Shown in pieces: positions 1-9,095 of a stretch of DNA of 51,061 nucleotides. Source of the stretch: Fibrobacteria bacterium (lineage in GTDB: Bacteria > Fibrobacterota > Fibrobacteria > UBA11236). How positions within the stretch are numbered: position 1 is the stretch's first letter; each line of letters opens with the position of its first letter. Position numbers and translations under genes: made by a program. The notes below the pieces were generated by a model. The model was given only the letters and a program-made list of their open reading frames with translations. It was not told the origin of the DNA and made no database searches. Location: contig JBGTHM010000073.1 in the NCBI GenBank assembly GCA_041746255.1, forward strand, positions 1 through 51,061, read 5' to 3'.

Positions 1-1047
1 AATACCAACAGCCTGCTCGGCAAGGTGCTGCGTATCAAACCCAAACCCATTCCCGATGCGCAAACGGCTCCCAAACCCGGCCCCGGGCAAACCTATGACA
101 TCCCAGCGGGCAATCTGTTTCCCGTGGGCCAATACCCCGCGGATAAGACAAAGCCGGAAATCTATACCATGGGCCATCGTAATGCTTACACGATTTCCGT
201 CGACCCTTACCGCAATTGGTTGATGCTGGGAGATATCGGACCTGACGAACATCCCGAGGGCTTAGGCGGCGTTTTGTCGGAAGAACATAATCTGATCACC
301 AAACCCGGGTTCATGGGATGGCCGTATTTTGTCGGCGACAATCAATGGTACCGGATGGACAGCCAGGACCCTAAAAGTCCGAAGAACCGCTCGAAAAACA
401 ATACCGGCCTGGTGGATTTGCCTCCCGCCCAACCCGCCATCCGCCCCTATGCCAAAAGGTCGGCCCTTACCGGCCCGATTTACTATTACGACGGATCCAA
501 TCCTTCCAAAACCAAATTACCGCCGCACTTTAACAAGAAGTGGATAATCGGCAATTTCAATCCGGGCTGGGTCAAAGTGCTCACCGTGAACGAAGCGGGT
601 ACCAAAATTGACAAGGAAGTTGATTTTTGGCCCAACAACTTTCTGAACAGGCCTTTGGATTTAGAAGTGGGCCCCGATGGCAATTTCTATGCGGTGGAAT
701 ACTCCGGCTTCCACAGCGTCTCTGCAACGACGGCGATTTCCCGCATCGAATACCGGGGCAATTGTCTTCCCGCCACTCCGCTGCTGCCGAATAATCCGAA
801 CGTCGCATTGCGGGACGGAGTCGGTAAGGGTGTCGGCGCGCATTCCCTCAAAATGGTATTGGGCGGGAATGGCTTGGGAGCCGACTACCAGGCATTTCCG
901 CCGAGCGGCAGCCGTTCCCTGCAAGTCTTCGACGTGAGGGGCGTCTTGCAATGGGAGACGCGTAGCGATGCGGAGTGGACGCAAGGCTTGGTGATTCCTT
1001 CCCGGAATTGGCAGTCGGGTATTTACCATATTCGCTACTCACCCTGA
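1..1047 (+). CDS. PQQ-dependent glucose/sorbosone dehydrogenase (GSDH)-family beta-propeller protein with T9SS-like C-terminal tail; 5'-truncated by window edge (paralogue 1)
   Basis: Frame is open from base 1 (NTNSLLGKVLRI). GSDH motifs GKxLRI, PEIYTMGHRN, GWPYF, DLEVGPDG. Tail VFDVRG...SGIYHIR. Colinear with 1742..2788. Confidence 0.85.
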   Translation, partial: NTNSLLGKVLRIKPKPIPDAQTAPKPGPGQTYDIPAGNLFPVGQYPADKTKPEIYTMGHRNAYTISVDPYRNWLMLGDIGPDEHPEGLGGVLSEEHNLITKPGFMGWPYFVGDNQWYRMDSQDPKSPKNRSKNNTGLVDLPPAQPAIRPYAKRSALTGPIYYYDGSNPSKTKLPPHFNKKWIIGNFNPGWVKVLTVNEAGTKIDKEVDFWPNNFLNRPLDLEVGPDGNFYAVEYSGFHSVSATTAISRIEYRGNCLPATPLLPNNPNVALRDGVGKGVGAHSLKMVLGGNGLGADYQAFPPSGSRSLQVFDVRGVLQWETRSDAEWTQGLVIPSRNWQSGIYHIRYSP

Positions 1048-1096
1048 CCGCCCAAAAAATGGAAGTATCTTTAAGCCGTAACAAATAGGGTGACGG

Positions 1097-2788
1097 ATGG
1101 ATATTTTCTGGCGTTCAGTTTTGGCAATCGTCATGGCCTTGGCTTTGTGGGTGGGGGGCGCCCAAGCCCAGTCGTTGAGTTACCCCGGCTGCCCGGATGT
1201 TACCGCCAAGGATTTCGTCAAGGTACCGTTGGTCACTCGCAGCACCCACGGAATTGCCGAACCCATTGAAATGGTGGTCACCCAGGATGGCCGCATTCTC
1301 TTCGTGGAGCGCTTGGGCAAAATTCGCATGTGGACTCCCGCAACTAAGGCCACTGTCGACTTGATTAAGCTACCCGCCCTGACGCAATCCGAAAACGGCG
1401 TGACCGGTATCGCACTCGATCCCGAATTCGACAGCAACTCCTGGGTCTACCTATACTGGGGTGTCGACGCGAATAAATCCTGGCGCGTTTCCCGCTTCAC
1501 CCTCAAGGGAAATTCTTTGCCCGCCAATACCGAAAAAATCCTGTTGGAAATCCCACTGGATCATACGGGGTGCTGTCACACGGGTGGCTCCATGACTTTT
1601 GACTTTCACGGAAACCTTTGGGTATCGACCGGCAATGCCACCAGCAATGCCTCAGGAAAAAGCGTCGAAGGTGACCGTAAGGCCTCCACCAATTATGTCA
1701 ACGAAGCGGATTTTAAAGGAGACGACCAACGCGGCTCCGCGAATACCAACAGCCTGCTGGGCAAAATTCTTCGTATCAAGCCCAAACCCATTCCCGATGC
1801 GCAGACGGCTCCCAAACCCGGCCCGGGGCAAACGTATGACATCCCCGAAGGCAATTTGTTTCCCGTGGGCCAATACCCCGCCGGTAAGACGCGACCGGAA
1901 ATTTATACCATGGGCCATCGCAATCCTTACACCATTTCCGTCGACCCCTATCGCAATTGGTTGATGTGGGGCGATATCGGACCCGATGAGCATCCCCAGG
2001 GCTTGGGCGGAATTTTGACGGAAGAACATAATCTGGTCACCAAACCCGGATTCATGGGCTGGCCTTATTTTGTCGGCGATAATCAATGGTACCGACTCGA
2101 TAGCCAGGATCCGAAAAGTCCGAAGAACCGCTCGAAGAACAACACCGGCCTGGTGGATTTGCCCCCCGCGCAACCCGCCATCCGCTCCTATGCCAAAAGC
2201 TCGGCGCTTGCCGGCCCGATTTACTATTACGACGGGGCCAATCCTTCCAAGACCAAATTGCCTCCCCATTTTAATAAGAAGTGGATTATCGGAAATTTCC
2301 GGCCCGGCTGGGTCAGGGTGCTCAGCGTGAATGAAGCGGGGAATAAAATCGATAAGGAAGTCAATTTCTGGCCCGACAATTTTCTGAACAATCCGTTGGA
2401 TTTGGAAGTTGGGCCCGACGGCAATTTATATGCGGTTGAATATTCCGGCTGGTTCACCGCCACCTCGACAACGGCGATTACCCGCATCGAATACCGGGGC
2501 AATTGCCTTCCCGCTACTCCGCTGCTGCCGGAAAATCCGGTCGTCGCGTTGCGGGACAAAGCTCGCAACGTCGGCGGAGCAAATACTCTCAAAATGGTGT
2601 TGGGCGGAAGTGGATTTGGGTCCGACTTCCAGGTTTTCCCGCCGAGCGGCACGCGCTCTGTGCAGGTCTTCGACTTGAGGGGAGTGTTGCACTGGGAGTC
2701 CCGGAGCGATGCGGGATGGGCCCAGGGGTTGGTCATCCCTTCGCGGGATTGGAGACCAGGCATTTACCCTATTCGTTATTTACCCTAA
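1097..2788 (+). CDS. Secreted GSDH-family beta-propeller protein with T9SS-like C-terminal tail (paralogue 2)
   Basis: Signal peptide ending AQA. Motifs GIALDPEF, CCHTGG, GKILRI, GHRNPY, GWPYF, GPDGNLY. Tail VFDLRG...PGIY. Confidence 0.88.
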   Translation: MDIFWRSVLAIVMALALWVGGAQAQSLSYPGCPDVTAKDFVKVPLVTRSTHGIAEPIEMVVTQDGRILFVERLGKIRMWTPATKATVDLIKLPALTQSENGVTGIALDPEFDSNSWVYLYWGVDANKSWRVSRFTLKGNSLPANTEKILLEIPLDHTGCCHTGGSMTFDFHGNLWVSTGNATSNASGKSVEGDRKASTNYVNEADFKGDDQRGSANTNSLLGKILRIKPKPIPDAQTAPKPGPGQTYDIPEGNLFPVGQYPAGKTRPEIYTMGHRNPYTISVDPYRNWLMWGDIGPDEHPQGLGGILTEEHNLVTKPGFMGWPYFVGDNQWYRLDSQDPKSPKNRSKNNTGLVDLPPAQPAIRSYAKSSALAGPIYYYDGANPSKTKLPPHFNKKWIIGNFRPGWVRVLSVNEAGNKIDKEVNFWPDNFLNNPLDLEVGPDGNLYAVEYSGWFTATSTTAITRIEYRGNCLPATPLLPENPVVALRDKARNVGGANTLKMVLGGSGFGSDFQVFPPSGTRSVQVFDLRGVLHWESRSDAGWAQGLVIPSRDWRPGIYPIRYLP

Positions 2789-2825
2789 CCGCCTAAAGCA
2801 GGCGCGCAACTCTTAGGAGCAATCA

Positions 2826-3518
2826 ATGACTTTCATTCCTATCGCCACCGCAGGTGTGTTGGCTATTCTTTTAGTTTCGAGCTATTCCCAGCAACCCAGC
2901 TCAGAAATCGAATTTTACGATGCCACGGGAACCAAATCCACCGCCAAGTTCGGTTGGAAAGGCGAGGTTGAAGACGGTAATTTTTACATCACTACTCCCG
3001 ATGATAAAGAGGGGGTAGCCATTAAAAAGGGCGTGCTTTCGGCTGAAAAGTTCGTAGGAGACGGAAGCGGGTTAACGGGTATTGTCGCTACGGGGGCGTC
3101 TGCGACCGAAGTGGCGGCGAAACTAAAGGCGGACACGGAGTTTTTGAGCTCGGTGAAAGGTCCGCGGGGGGATGATGGGGCGCCGGGAGAGGTGGGTCCT
3201 GCGGGGCCGGTTGGGGCTGAGGGGCCAGCGGGGCCGGTGGGTGAGGTAGGCGCTGTAGGGCCACAAGGGCCAGCCGGACCGGCGGGGCCTGCATTGAGCG
3301 TGGGAGGTTTAACGCTTTACTATTCGACAACCCTTCCGAAATGTAACTCCGGTAATTTGGGTCAAATCATTTTATACAATTACGCCCATCCGGGGTCAGG
3401 TTACAAAACCAATGCCATGATGGCCTGTTTGGAGCAATCCATGCCCTCTCCGGGTAATGGGTTTTACTGGGTACCGATGGCTGTCTATAGTGCCCAGGAT
3501 AGGATACTCAGTCCCTAA
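2826..3518 (+). CDS. Secreted collagen-like / fibre-like protein
   Basis: AGGAG RBS. N-terminal signal peptide, [10 protein letters not shown] motif, 15 uninterrupted Gly-X-Y triplets (about 3159..3293), small Cys/Trp-containing C-terminal domain. Confidence 0.85.
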   Translation: MTFIPIATAGVLAILLVSSYSQQPSSEIEFYDATGTKSTAKFGWKGEVEDGNFYITTPDDKEGVAIKKGVLSAEKFVGDGSGLTGIVATGASATEVAAKLKADTEFLSSVKGPRGDDGAPGEVGPAGPVGAEGPAGPVGEVGAVGPQGPAGPAGPALSVGGLTLYYSTTLPKCNSGNLGQIILYNYAHPGSGYKTNAMMACLEQSMPSPGNGFYWVPMAVYSAQDRILSP

Positions 3519-3538
3519 TTGTGGCGATAATTGAGCCT

Positions 3539-3622
3539 CTGATTCAGCTATTGAAGCAGCCCTTATTTCAGCTCTTATTTCAGCTCTTATTTCAACTCTT
3601 GATTCAGCTCTTGATTCAGCTC
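3539..3622. repeat. Tandem repeat of a 12-bp unit (about 7 copies; consensus TTRWTTCAGCTC)
   Basis: Units read directly: ctgattcagcta, ttgaagcagccc, ttatttcagctc, ttatttcagctc, ttatttcaactc, ttgattcagctc, ttgattcagctc. Confidence 0.9.
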
Positions 3623-3733
3623 TTGGAAAACGCATGGTGCCGCGTATTGAGGATAACCTCCTTTTCGACCGGGGCTTTACATATCCGGGCAGCCTGGGCC
3701 ATGGGATAAAATCAACTCATGACCAAATTTGCC

Positions 3734-3766
3734 CGCCGAACTTATCATAAATGCTAAGTTCGAGCG
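3734..3766. repeat. Dispersed palindromic element, copy 1 (imperfect)
   Basis: CGCCGAACTTATCAT-AA-ATGCTAAGTTCGAGCG; near-identical to the reverse complement of 36841..36872. Confidence 0.85.
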
Positions 3767-3839
3767 GAAAAATTGTTGGTATTACGAAAAAAGCACCCGG
3801 GTTCCAAAGCAACGAGCCTCAAATACGGAGCAAACCGGG

Positions 3840-4196
3840 TTAAGCCCCCACCTTGGTCAACGTCAAATCCACCACCTGCACGTTGCACATCTCCACCCCG
3901 GACCCTAGGGAAATAACCGACGTTTTACCCAGGGGATCGAGCCGAAGCTTGAAAGTCGACTGGCGTCGCAACTGGGTCGTATGCAGCTCCACGTCGAGGG
4001 ATTCACTGGTTTTATTTTCCACCACGAAAAGTACCGTAACACCCCGGGTAATGCAATCGGCCTGCTTCTTATAATAGACCCGCACCGAATCGCTTTCCTG
4101 CAACAACACGAAGGAGGGATCCATCGCCGCCGCAGGCGATAAAGCCATCCCCAAAAAAATTCCAATTGAAAGGAAACTGCCCAGGAAATCGCGCAT
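3840..4196 (-). CDS. Hypothetical secreted protein
   Basis: GGAGG RBS before the ATG at 4196. Signal peptide ending AAA, beta-rich mature part with two Cys. Confidence 0.65.
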   Translation of the reverse strand: MRDFLGSFLSIGIFLGMALSPAAAMDPSFVLLQESDSVRVYYKKQADCITRGVTVLFVVENKTSESLDVELHTTQLRRQSTFKLRLDPLGKTSVISLGSGVEMCNVQVVDLTLTKVGA

Positions 4197-4263
4197 GGTT
4201 ACCTCCACAAGGTGGGATAACCAGAAGAAAATCCTTTGCCATCAAAGGCGCAAGAAAAAAATC

Positions 4264-4626
4264 CTAAAGCTGTTCTTTGGCGCCGCCGTATACGCCTTTA
4301 CCCACTAAGCGATCGATTTCGGCCCTTACGTGGGTTTCGAAGGACACCTTATCGACACGGGGCGCAACCGCCCTTTGGGTGCGGAGCTGGCGCAAAAGCC
4401 GGCGTGCTTGACCAATAAAGGTGGTTCTTGCCGCGCGACGCGTCCACGGGCCGGAGGCCAGACCGCCACGGGAAAATCCCGCCGAGCGAAGGTTTCGGCT
4501 TCTTTCCGCCAAGCGCTTTTCCAGGGTCTGCATCCAAGCCATCACACCGACCACCATGGTGAAAAGGGCCACCCATGCCACCCGCGTTTGGGTGTCGGAA
4601 AGATCTCGGGTCTGTAAATCGCTCAT
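4264..4626 (-). CDS. Hypothetical small membrane-anchored basic protein
   Basis: GAGGT RBS. One N-terminal hydrophobic helix (VAWVALFTMVVGVMAWM) followed by an Arg-rich region. Confidence 0.55.
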   Translation of the reverse strand: MSDLQTRDLSDTQTRVAWVALFTMVVGVMAWMQTLEKRLAERSRNLRSAGFSRGGLASGPWTRRAARTTFIGQARRLLRQLRTQRAVAPRVDKVSFETHVRAEIDRLVGKGVYGGAKEQL

Positions 4627-4834
4627 AACACCTCGGGGCTACCGTCCTGGCAATTTTTCGCAGATAAATCGATGAGAGAGGAGAAAGTGCTTGCTTAGAT
4701 TATAACGCACAATCCTATTTCCAGCCAAGCCTTTTTAGAGCTTATTGGGTTTTTAACGTATTTGCCCCAACTACGCGGCTTCCTACCGGACAAGTCCGGG
4801 GAAATGTCCGGATTTTTCTAATTTTTCGCCCACA

Positions 4835-5626
4835 ATGACTAAACATTCCCAATTCCCCCGCGTCCTTCGCCGCATCGGATTACCCTTTGCCGCGCTTATC
4901 GCCGTCACCCTGTCCTTATCCCTGTTACTGGGGGCCTGTCGCAGTGAAATGGGGCCTTCGGGGCGATCTCCCCAAACCGATAAGGAAAAACTCAGCTATG
5001 GCATGGGCGTCGATATCGGTAAAAGCCTGCGTCAGCAAAACCTCGACCTCGACACCGAATACCTGCGCAAAGGCATCCAGGACGCCTGGGTGGGCCAAGG
5101 ATTGCTTCTGAGCGAAGAAGAAATCAGCCGCGCCATGACTCGGCACTATGAGAGCATTGCCCTCGAAACCGCGCCAGACCCGGCTTCCAGCCCCGACTCC
5201 TTCCCTACCGAACGGCATCGGCAAAGGCATGAAGCCAGCCAGAAATTCCTCCGCGAACACGGGGCCGAACCCGGCGTGGTAACCACCCCCAAGGGGGTGC
5301 AATACCGGATTCTCCAAGAGGGCAAGGGCGCGAAACCCACGCTGGAAGATACCGTCGAAGTCTTTTACCGGGGAACCGTGATATCCGGATCCGAATTCGA
5401 ACGCAGGCTTTCCGGGCAACCCGCCGTTTTTCCGTTGTCGCAGGTGATGCCCGGCTGGAAAGAGGCCCTGCCGCTCATGCGCGAAGGCGCCAAATGGAAA
5501 ATCGTGGTGCCACCCGAACTGGCCTTCGGCCGTGAGGGTAGCGGACACATGATACAGCCCTACGCCACGCTGATCTTTGAAATTGAATTGGTCAAGGTAC
5601 GCCGGGCGCGTGAAAAGGACGTTTGA
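4835..5626 (+). CDS. FKBP-type peptidyl-prolyl cis-trans isomerase (FkpA/Mip-like lipoprotein)
   Basis: Lipobox LLGAC. FKBP_N motif KLSYGMGVDIG. Catalytic domain GVQYRIL..GKG, VMPGWKEAL..M..G, PPELAFG, TLIFEIEL. Confidence 0.93.
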   Translation: MTKHSQFPRVLRRIGLPFAALIAVTLSLSLLLGACRSEMGPSGRSPQTDKEKLSYGMGVDIGKSLRQQNLDLDTEYLRKGIQDAWVGQGLLLSEEEISRAMTRHYESIALETAPDPASSPDSFPTERHRQRHEASQKFLREHGAEPGVVTTPKGVQYRILQEGKGAKPTLEDTVEVFYRGTVISGSEFERRLSGQPAVFPLSQVMPGWKEALPLMREGAKWKIVVPPELAFGREGSGHMIQPYATLIFEIELVKVRRAREKDV

Positions 5627-5630
5627 ATAA

Positions 5631-8600
5631 ATGATGGCCAAAAAAGAAATCAAATCCTTCAAAAAAATCCTCGTCGCCAATCGCAGCGAAATCGCCATCC
5701 GTATCTTTCGCGCCTGTAACGAACTGGGCATCGGCACCGTCGCCATCTATTCCGAAGAAGATCGATTGCACCTGCATCGCTATAAAGCCGACGAAGCCTA
5801 TCTGGTCGGACAAGGCAAGGGCCCCATCGCCGCTTATCTCGGCATAGAGGAAATCGTGCAACTCGCTTTGGATAAAGAAGTCGACGCCATTCATCCCGGC
5901 TATGGCTTTCTCGCGGAGAACGCCGACTTCGCGCGCGCCTGTGAAAAAGCCGGCATCGTCTTTATCGGCCCTCCCGCCGAAGTGCTCGACGCCATGGGCG
6001 ATAAGGTCGCGGCCCGCGCCATCGCCATCGCCGCCGGCGTACCCGTCATTCCCGGTACCGTAGACGCCGTCGAAACCGAAGAAGACGCCCTGCTTTTCGC
6101 CAAGGAATTCGGTTATCCCCTGATCATCAAAGCCGCCATGGGCGGAGGCGGGCGCGGCATGACCATCGTGCGCAACCGGGGCGAATTGCTTAACGCCATC
6201 TCGCGCTCGCGGGCCGAAGCCGAGAATGCCTTCGGCAGCCCGCGCATCTTTATCGAACGCTTTCTGGATCGGCCCAAGCACATCGAAGTGCAGATTATCG
6301 GCGACCGGCACGGCAACCTCGTCCATATGTTCGAGCGCGACTGCTCGATCCAGCGACGACATCAAAAAGTGGTGGAAATCGCCCCTTCGCAATCGTTGAC
6401 GCAGGCGCAAAGAGACGCGCTCTATCAGGACGCTCTCGCCATCGCCAGGCATGTCGGTTATTCCAACGCGGGCACCGTCGAATTCCTCTTCGACCAAAGC
6501 GGAAAACATTATTTCATCGAAGTCAATCCGCGCATCCAGGTGGAACATACCATCACCGAGGTCATCACCGGACGCGACATCGTGCAAACGCAAATTCGCG
6601 TCGCCGAGGGATATGCGCTTTCCGACGACACCATCCGCATCGCTTCGCAAGCCCATATCAAAAAAAGCGGCTATTGCATTCAACTGCGTTTAACCACCGA
6701 AGACCCCACCAACAACTTCGCTCCCGACACCGGAAAGATCACCACCTTCCGCGCCGGCGAAGGCTTCGGCATAAGGCTCGATGCCGGTTCGGGTTTCGAC
6801 GGCGCCGTCATCTCCCCCCATTACGACAGCCTGCTCATCAAGGTATGCGCCTGGGGCTTGCATTTCGATCAAGCCGCGAACAAGGCGCTGCGATCCATAC
6901 GCGAGTTTCGCATCCGCGGCGTCAAAACCAATATTCCCTTTCTGGAAAACGTGCTCCGGCATCCGGTTTTTTTAAGCGGAAAATGCGACACGGGCTTTAT
7001 CGAAAACCACCCCGAACTATTCGACTTCAAGCCTCGCCTCGACCGCGCCAACAAATTGCTCGACTATCTGTCGGACGTGGTGGTCAACGGTTTCAAGGGC
7101 ATCGATAAACGCTTGATACCCGCCAAACTCGAAGCCCCCCGCTTGCCGGTCGTTCCCAAAACCACGGCAGCGCCCTCGCCTGCATTCGATGTTTTCGCCA
7201 AACAGGGAGCGCCCGCGCTTTCGAAATGGATAGTGGAACAAAAAGCCCTGCTTTTGACCGACACCACCTTCCGCGACGCCCATCAGTCCCTGCTGGCCAC
7301 GCGCGTGCGCAGCCACGACCTCTACCGTATCGCCCATGCTACCACCCATTTGGCCCAACCCATGTTTTCCAACGAAATGTGGGGCGGCGCCACCTTCGAC
7401 GTCGCCTTACGCTTCCTGCACGAAGACCCCTGGGAACGCCTGCGACGCCTTCGCAAACTCATGCCCGGCACCTTGTTGCAAATGCTGCTTCGCTCGGGCA
7501 ATGCCGTGGGCTATACCAACTATCCCGATAACATCGTCAACCGCTTCATCCAATTGGCCGCTAAAAACGGCGTGGATATCTTCCGCATCTTCGACTGTTT
7601 CAATTGGATCGAGGGGATGAAACCCTGTATCGACGCCGTCGTCGCGACCGGTAAAATCGCCGAAGCCGCTATTTGCTATACCGGCGACATCACCGACGGC
7701 AAGCGCGTCAAATACTCGCTATCCTACTACGTGAAAATGGCCAAGGAGCTGGAAAAAACCGGCATCCACATACTCGGCATCAAAGACATGGCCGGACTCA
7801 TCAAACCCGAAGCCGCGCGCATTCTCGTCTCCGAGCTCAAAGAGGCCGTATCCCTACCCATTCACCTCCACACCCACGATACCAGCGGAAACGCCGTGGC
7901 CGCCCTCCTGGAGGCCTCCAAGGCGGGCGTGGACATCGTGGACGCCGCCCTCTCCTCCATGTCGGGCGTTACCTCCCAACCCTCGCTGAACGCCCTGGTC
8001 GGCGCTTTGGAAGGAACCGGGCGCGACACCGGCATGGACATGATGCGCTTGCAGCAATTGGCCGACTATTGGGAAATCGCGCGCGACGCCTATGCCCCGT
8101 TCGAATGCGGCCTCAAGGCCGGCACCGCCGACGTCTACCGCCACGAAATTCCCGGCGGGCAATATTCCAACTTCCGCCCCCAGGCCATCGGATTGGGGCT
8201 GGGCGACCGTTGGGAAGAGGTCAAGGAGATGTACCGCACCGTGAACGACATGTGCGGCGACGTCATCAAGGTGACGCCTTCCTCCAAGTCCATCGGCGAC
8301 ATGGCCTTGTTCATGGTGCAAAACGATTTGACCCCCGAAGAGGCCGTGCGGCGCGGCCGCGAATTGGCCTTTCCCGAATCCTTCGTTTCCATGCTCAAAG
8401 GCATGATGGGACAAACGGTCGGTGGCTGGCCCGCCGCATTGCAAAAAGCCGTTCTCAAAGACGAAAAACCCATCAAGCGCCGACCCGGCGAATTGCTGGA
8501 AGACTTCGACTTCGCCGCCGCAGGGCTGGCCTTACATGCCAAATTCAAACTGCCCTTCACCGAAGAAGACCTGGTCAGCTATTCGCTTTACCCCCAGGTA

Positions 8601-9089
8601 TTCGAAGACTATTGCCGCAAGGTCGAAGAATTCGGAAATCTCTCCGTACTCGACACTCCCACGTTTTTCTACGGGCTCAAAGTGGGCGAAGAGAAGTCCA
8701 TTACCATCCAGGAGGGCAAGACCCTTATCGTCAAGCTGTTGGCCATCGGCGACCTCGAAGCCGACGGCACTCGCGTCATTTTCTACGAACTCAATGGGCG
8801 TCGGCGTAACGTGGTGGTTTCCGACCGCTCGTCAGGCGTAGAAATTAAAAAGCGCGAGAAAGCCGAAGCGGGAAACTCCGACCAAATCGGCGCGCCCATG
8901 GCGGGCAAAGTGGTGGAAATCGCGGTCAAGGTAGGGGCTGCGGTAACCGAAGGGCAGAAGCTCATGGCCACCGAAGCCATGAAAATGTTGAACGTGATTG
9001 TGGCGCCTAAGGCGGGCAAAGTGAAGCGCATCCTCTTGCAAAAAGGCGAAGAGGTTTCGCCCGGCGATTTGGTCTTCGAATTGGATTAA
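5631..9089 (+). CDS. pyc: Pyruvate carboxylase
   Basis: Biotin carboxylase (ANRSEIA, HPGYGFLAEN, GGGGRG, ERDCSIQRRHQK), carboxyltransferase (DTTFRDAHQSLLATR, WGGATFD, HLHTHDT) and biotin carrier (EAMKM) domains. Confidence 0.98.
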   Translation: MMAKKEIKSFKKILVANRSEIAIRIFRACNELGIGTVAIYSEEDRLHLHRYKADEAYLVGQGKGPIAAYLGIEEIVQLALDKEVDAIHPGYGFLAENADFARACEKAGIVFIGPPAEVLDAMGDKVAARAIAIAAGVPVIPGTVDAVETEEDALLFAKEFGYPLIIKAAMGGGGRGMTIVRNRGELLNAISRSRAEAENAFGSPRIFIERFLDRPKHIEVQIIGDRHGNLVHMFERDCSIQRRHQKVVEIAPSQSLTQAQRDALYQDALAIARHVGYSNAGTVEFLFDQSGKHYFIEVNPRIQVEHTITEVITGRDIVQTQIRVAEGYALSDDTIRIASQAHIKKSGYCIQLRLTTEDPTNNFAPDTGKITTFRAGEGFGIRLDAGSGFDGAVISPHYDSLLIKVCAWGLHFDQAANKALRSIREFRIRGVKTNIPFLENVLRHPVFLSGKCDTGFIENHPELFDFKPRLDRANKLLDYLSDVVVNGFKGIDKRLIPAKLEAPRLPVVPKTTAAPSPAFDVFAKQGAPALSKWIVEQKALLLTDTTFRDAHQSLLATRVRSHDLYRIAHATTHLAQPMFSNEMWGGATFDVALRFLHEDPWERLRRLRKLMPGTLLQMLLRSGNAVGYTNYPDNIVNRFIQLAAKNGVDIFRIFDCFNWIEGMKPCIDAVVATGKIAEAAICYTGDITDGKRVKYSLSYYVKMAKELEKTGIHILGIKDMAGLIKPEAARILVSELKEAVSLPIHLHTHDTSGNAVAALLEASKAGVDIVDAALSSMSGVTSQPSLNALVGALEGTGRDTGMDMMRLQQLADYWEIARDAYAPFECGLKAGTADVYRHEIPGGQYSNFRPQAIGLGLGDRWEEVKEMYRTVNDMCGDVIKVTPSSKSIGDMALFMVQNDLTPEEAVRRGRELAFPESFVSMLKGMMGQTVGGWPAALQKAVLKDEKPIKRRPGELLEDFDFAAAGLALHAKFKLPFTEEDLVSYSLYPQVFEDYCRKVEEFGNLSVLDTPTFFYGLKVGEEKSITIQEGKTLIVKLLAIGDLEADGTRVIFYELNGRRRNVVVSDRSSGVEIKKREKAEAGNSDQIGAPMAGKVVEIAVKVGAAVTEGQKLMATEAMKMLNVIVAPKAGKVKRILLQKGEEVSPGDLVFELD

Positions 9090-9095
9090 AAAGGA

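Noticed and set aside
2826..3518. Prophage remnant suggested by the tail-fibre-like motif
   Set aside because: The protein has a signal peptide and there are no integrase, capsid, terminase or lysis genes in the window.
3539..3622. Repeat array as a CRISPR
   Set aside because: Units are contiguous 12-mers with no unique spacers, and there are no cas genes.
3734..3766. Palindrome as dif, parS or integron attC
   Set aside because: It lacks the XerD arm TTATGTTAAAT, the parS consensus TGTTTCACGTGAAACA, and the RYYYAAC...GTTRRRY ends.
5592..8809. Long antisense and alternate-frame ORFs over pyc (e.g. 5592..6683, 7673..8809)
   Set aside because: Shadow ORFs caused by strong GC3 codon bias in a clearly identified gene.
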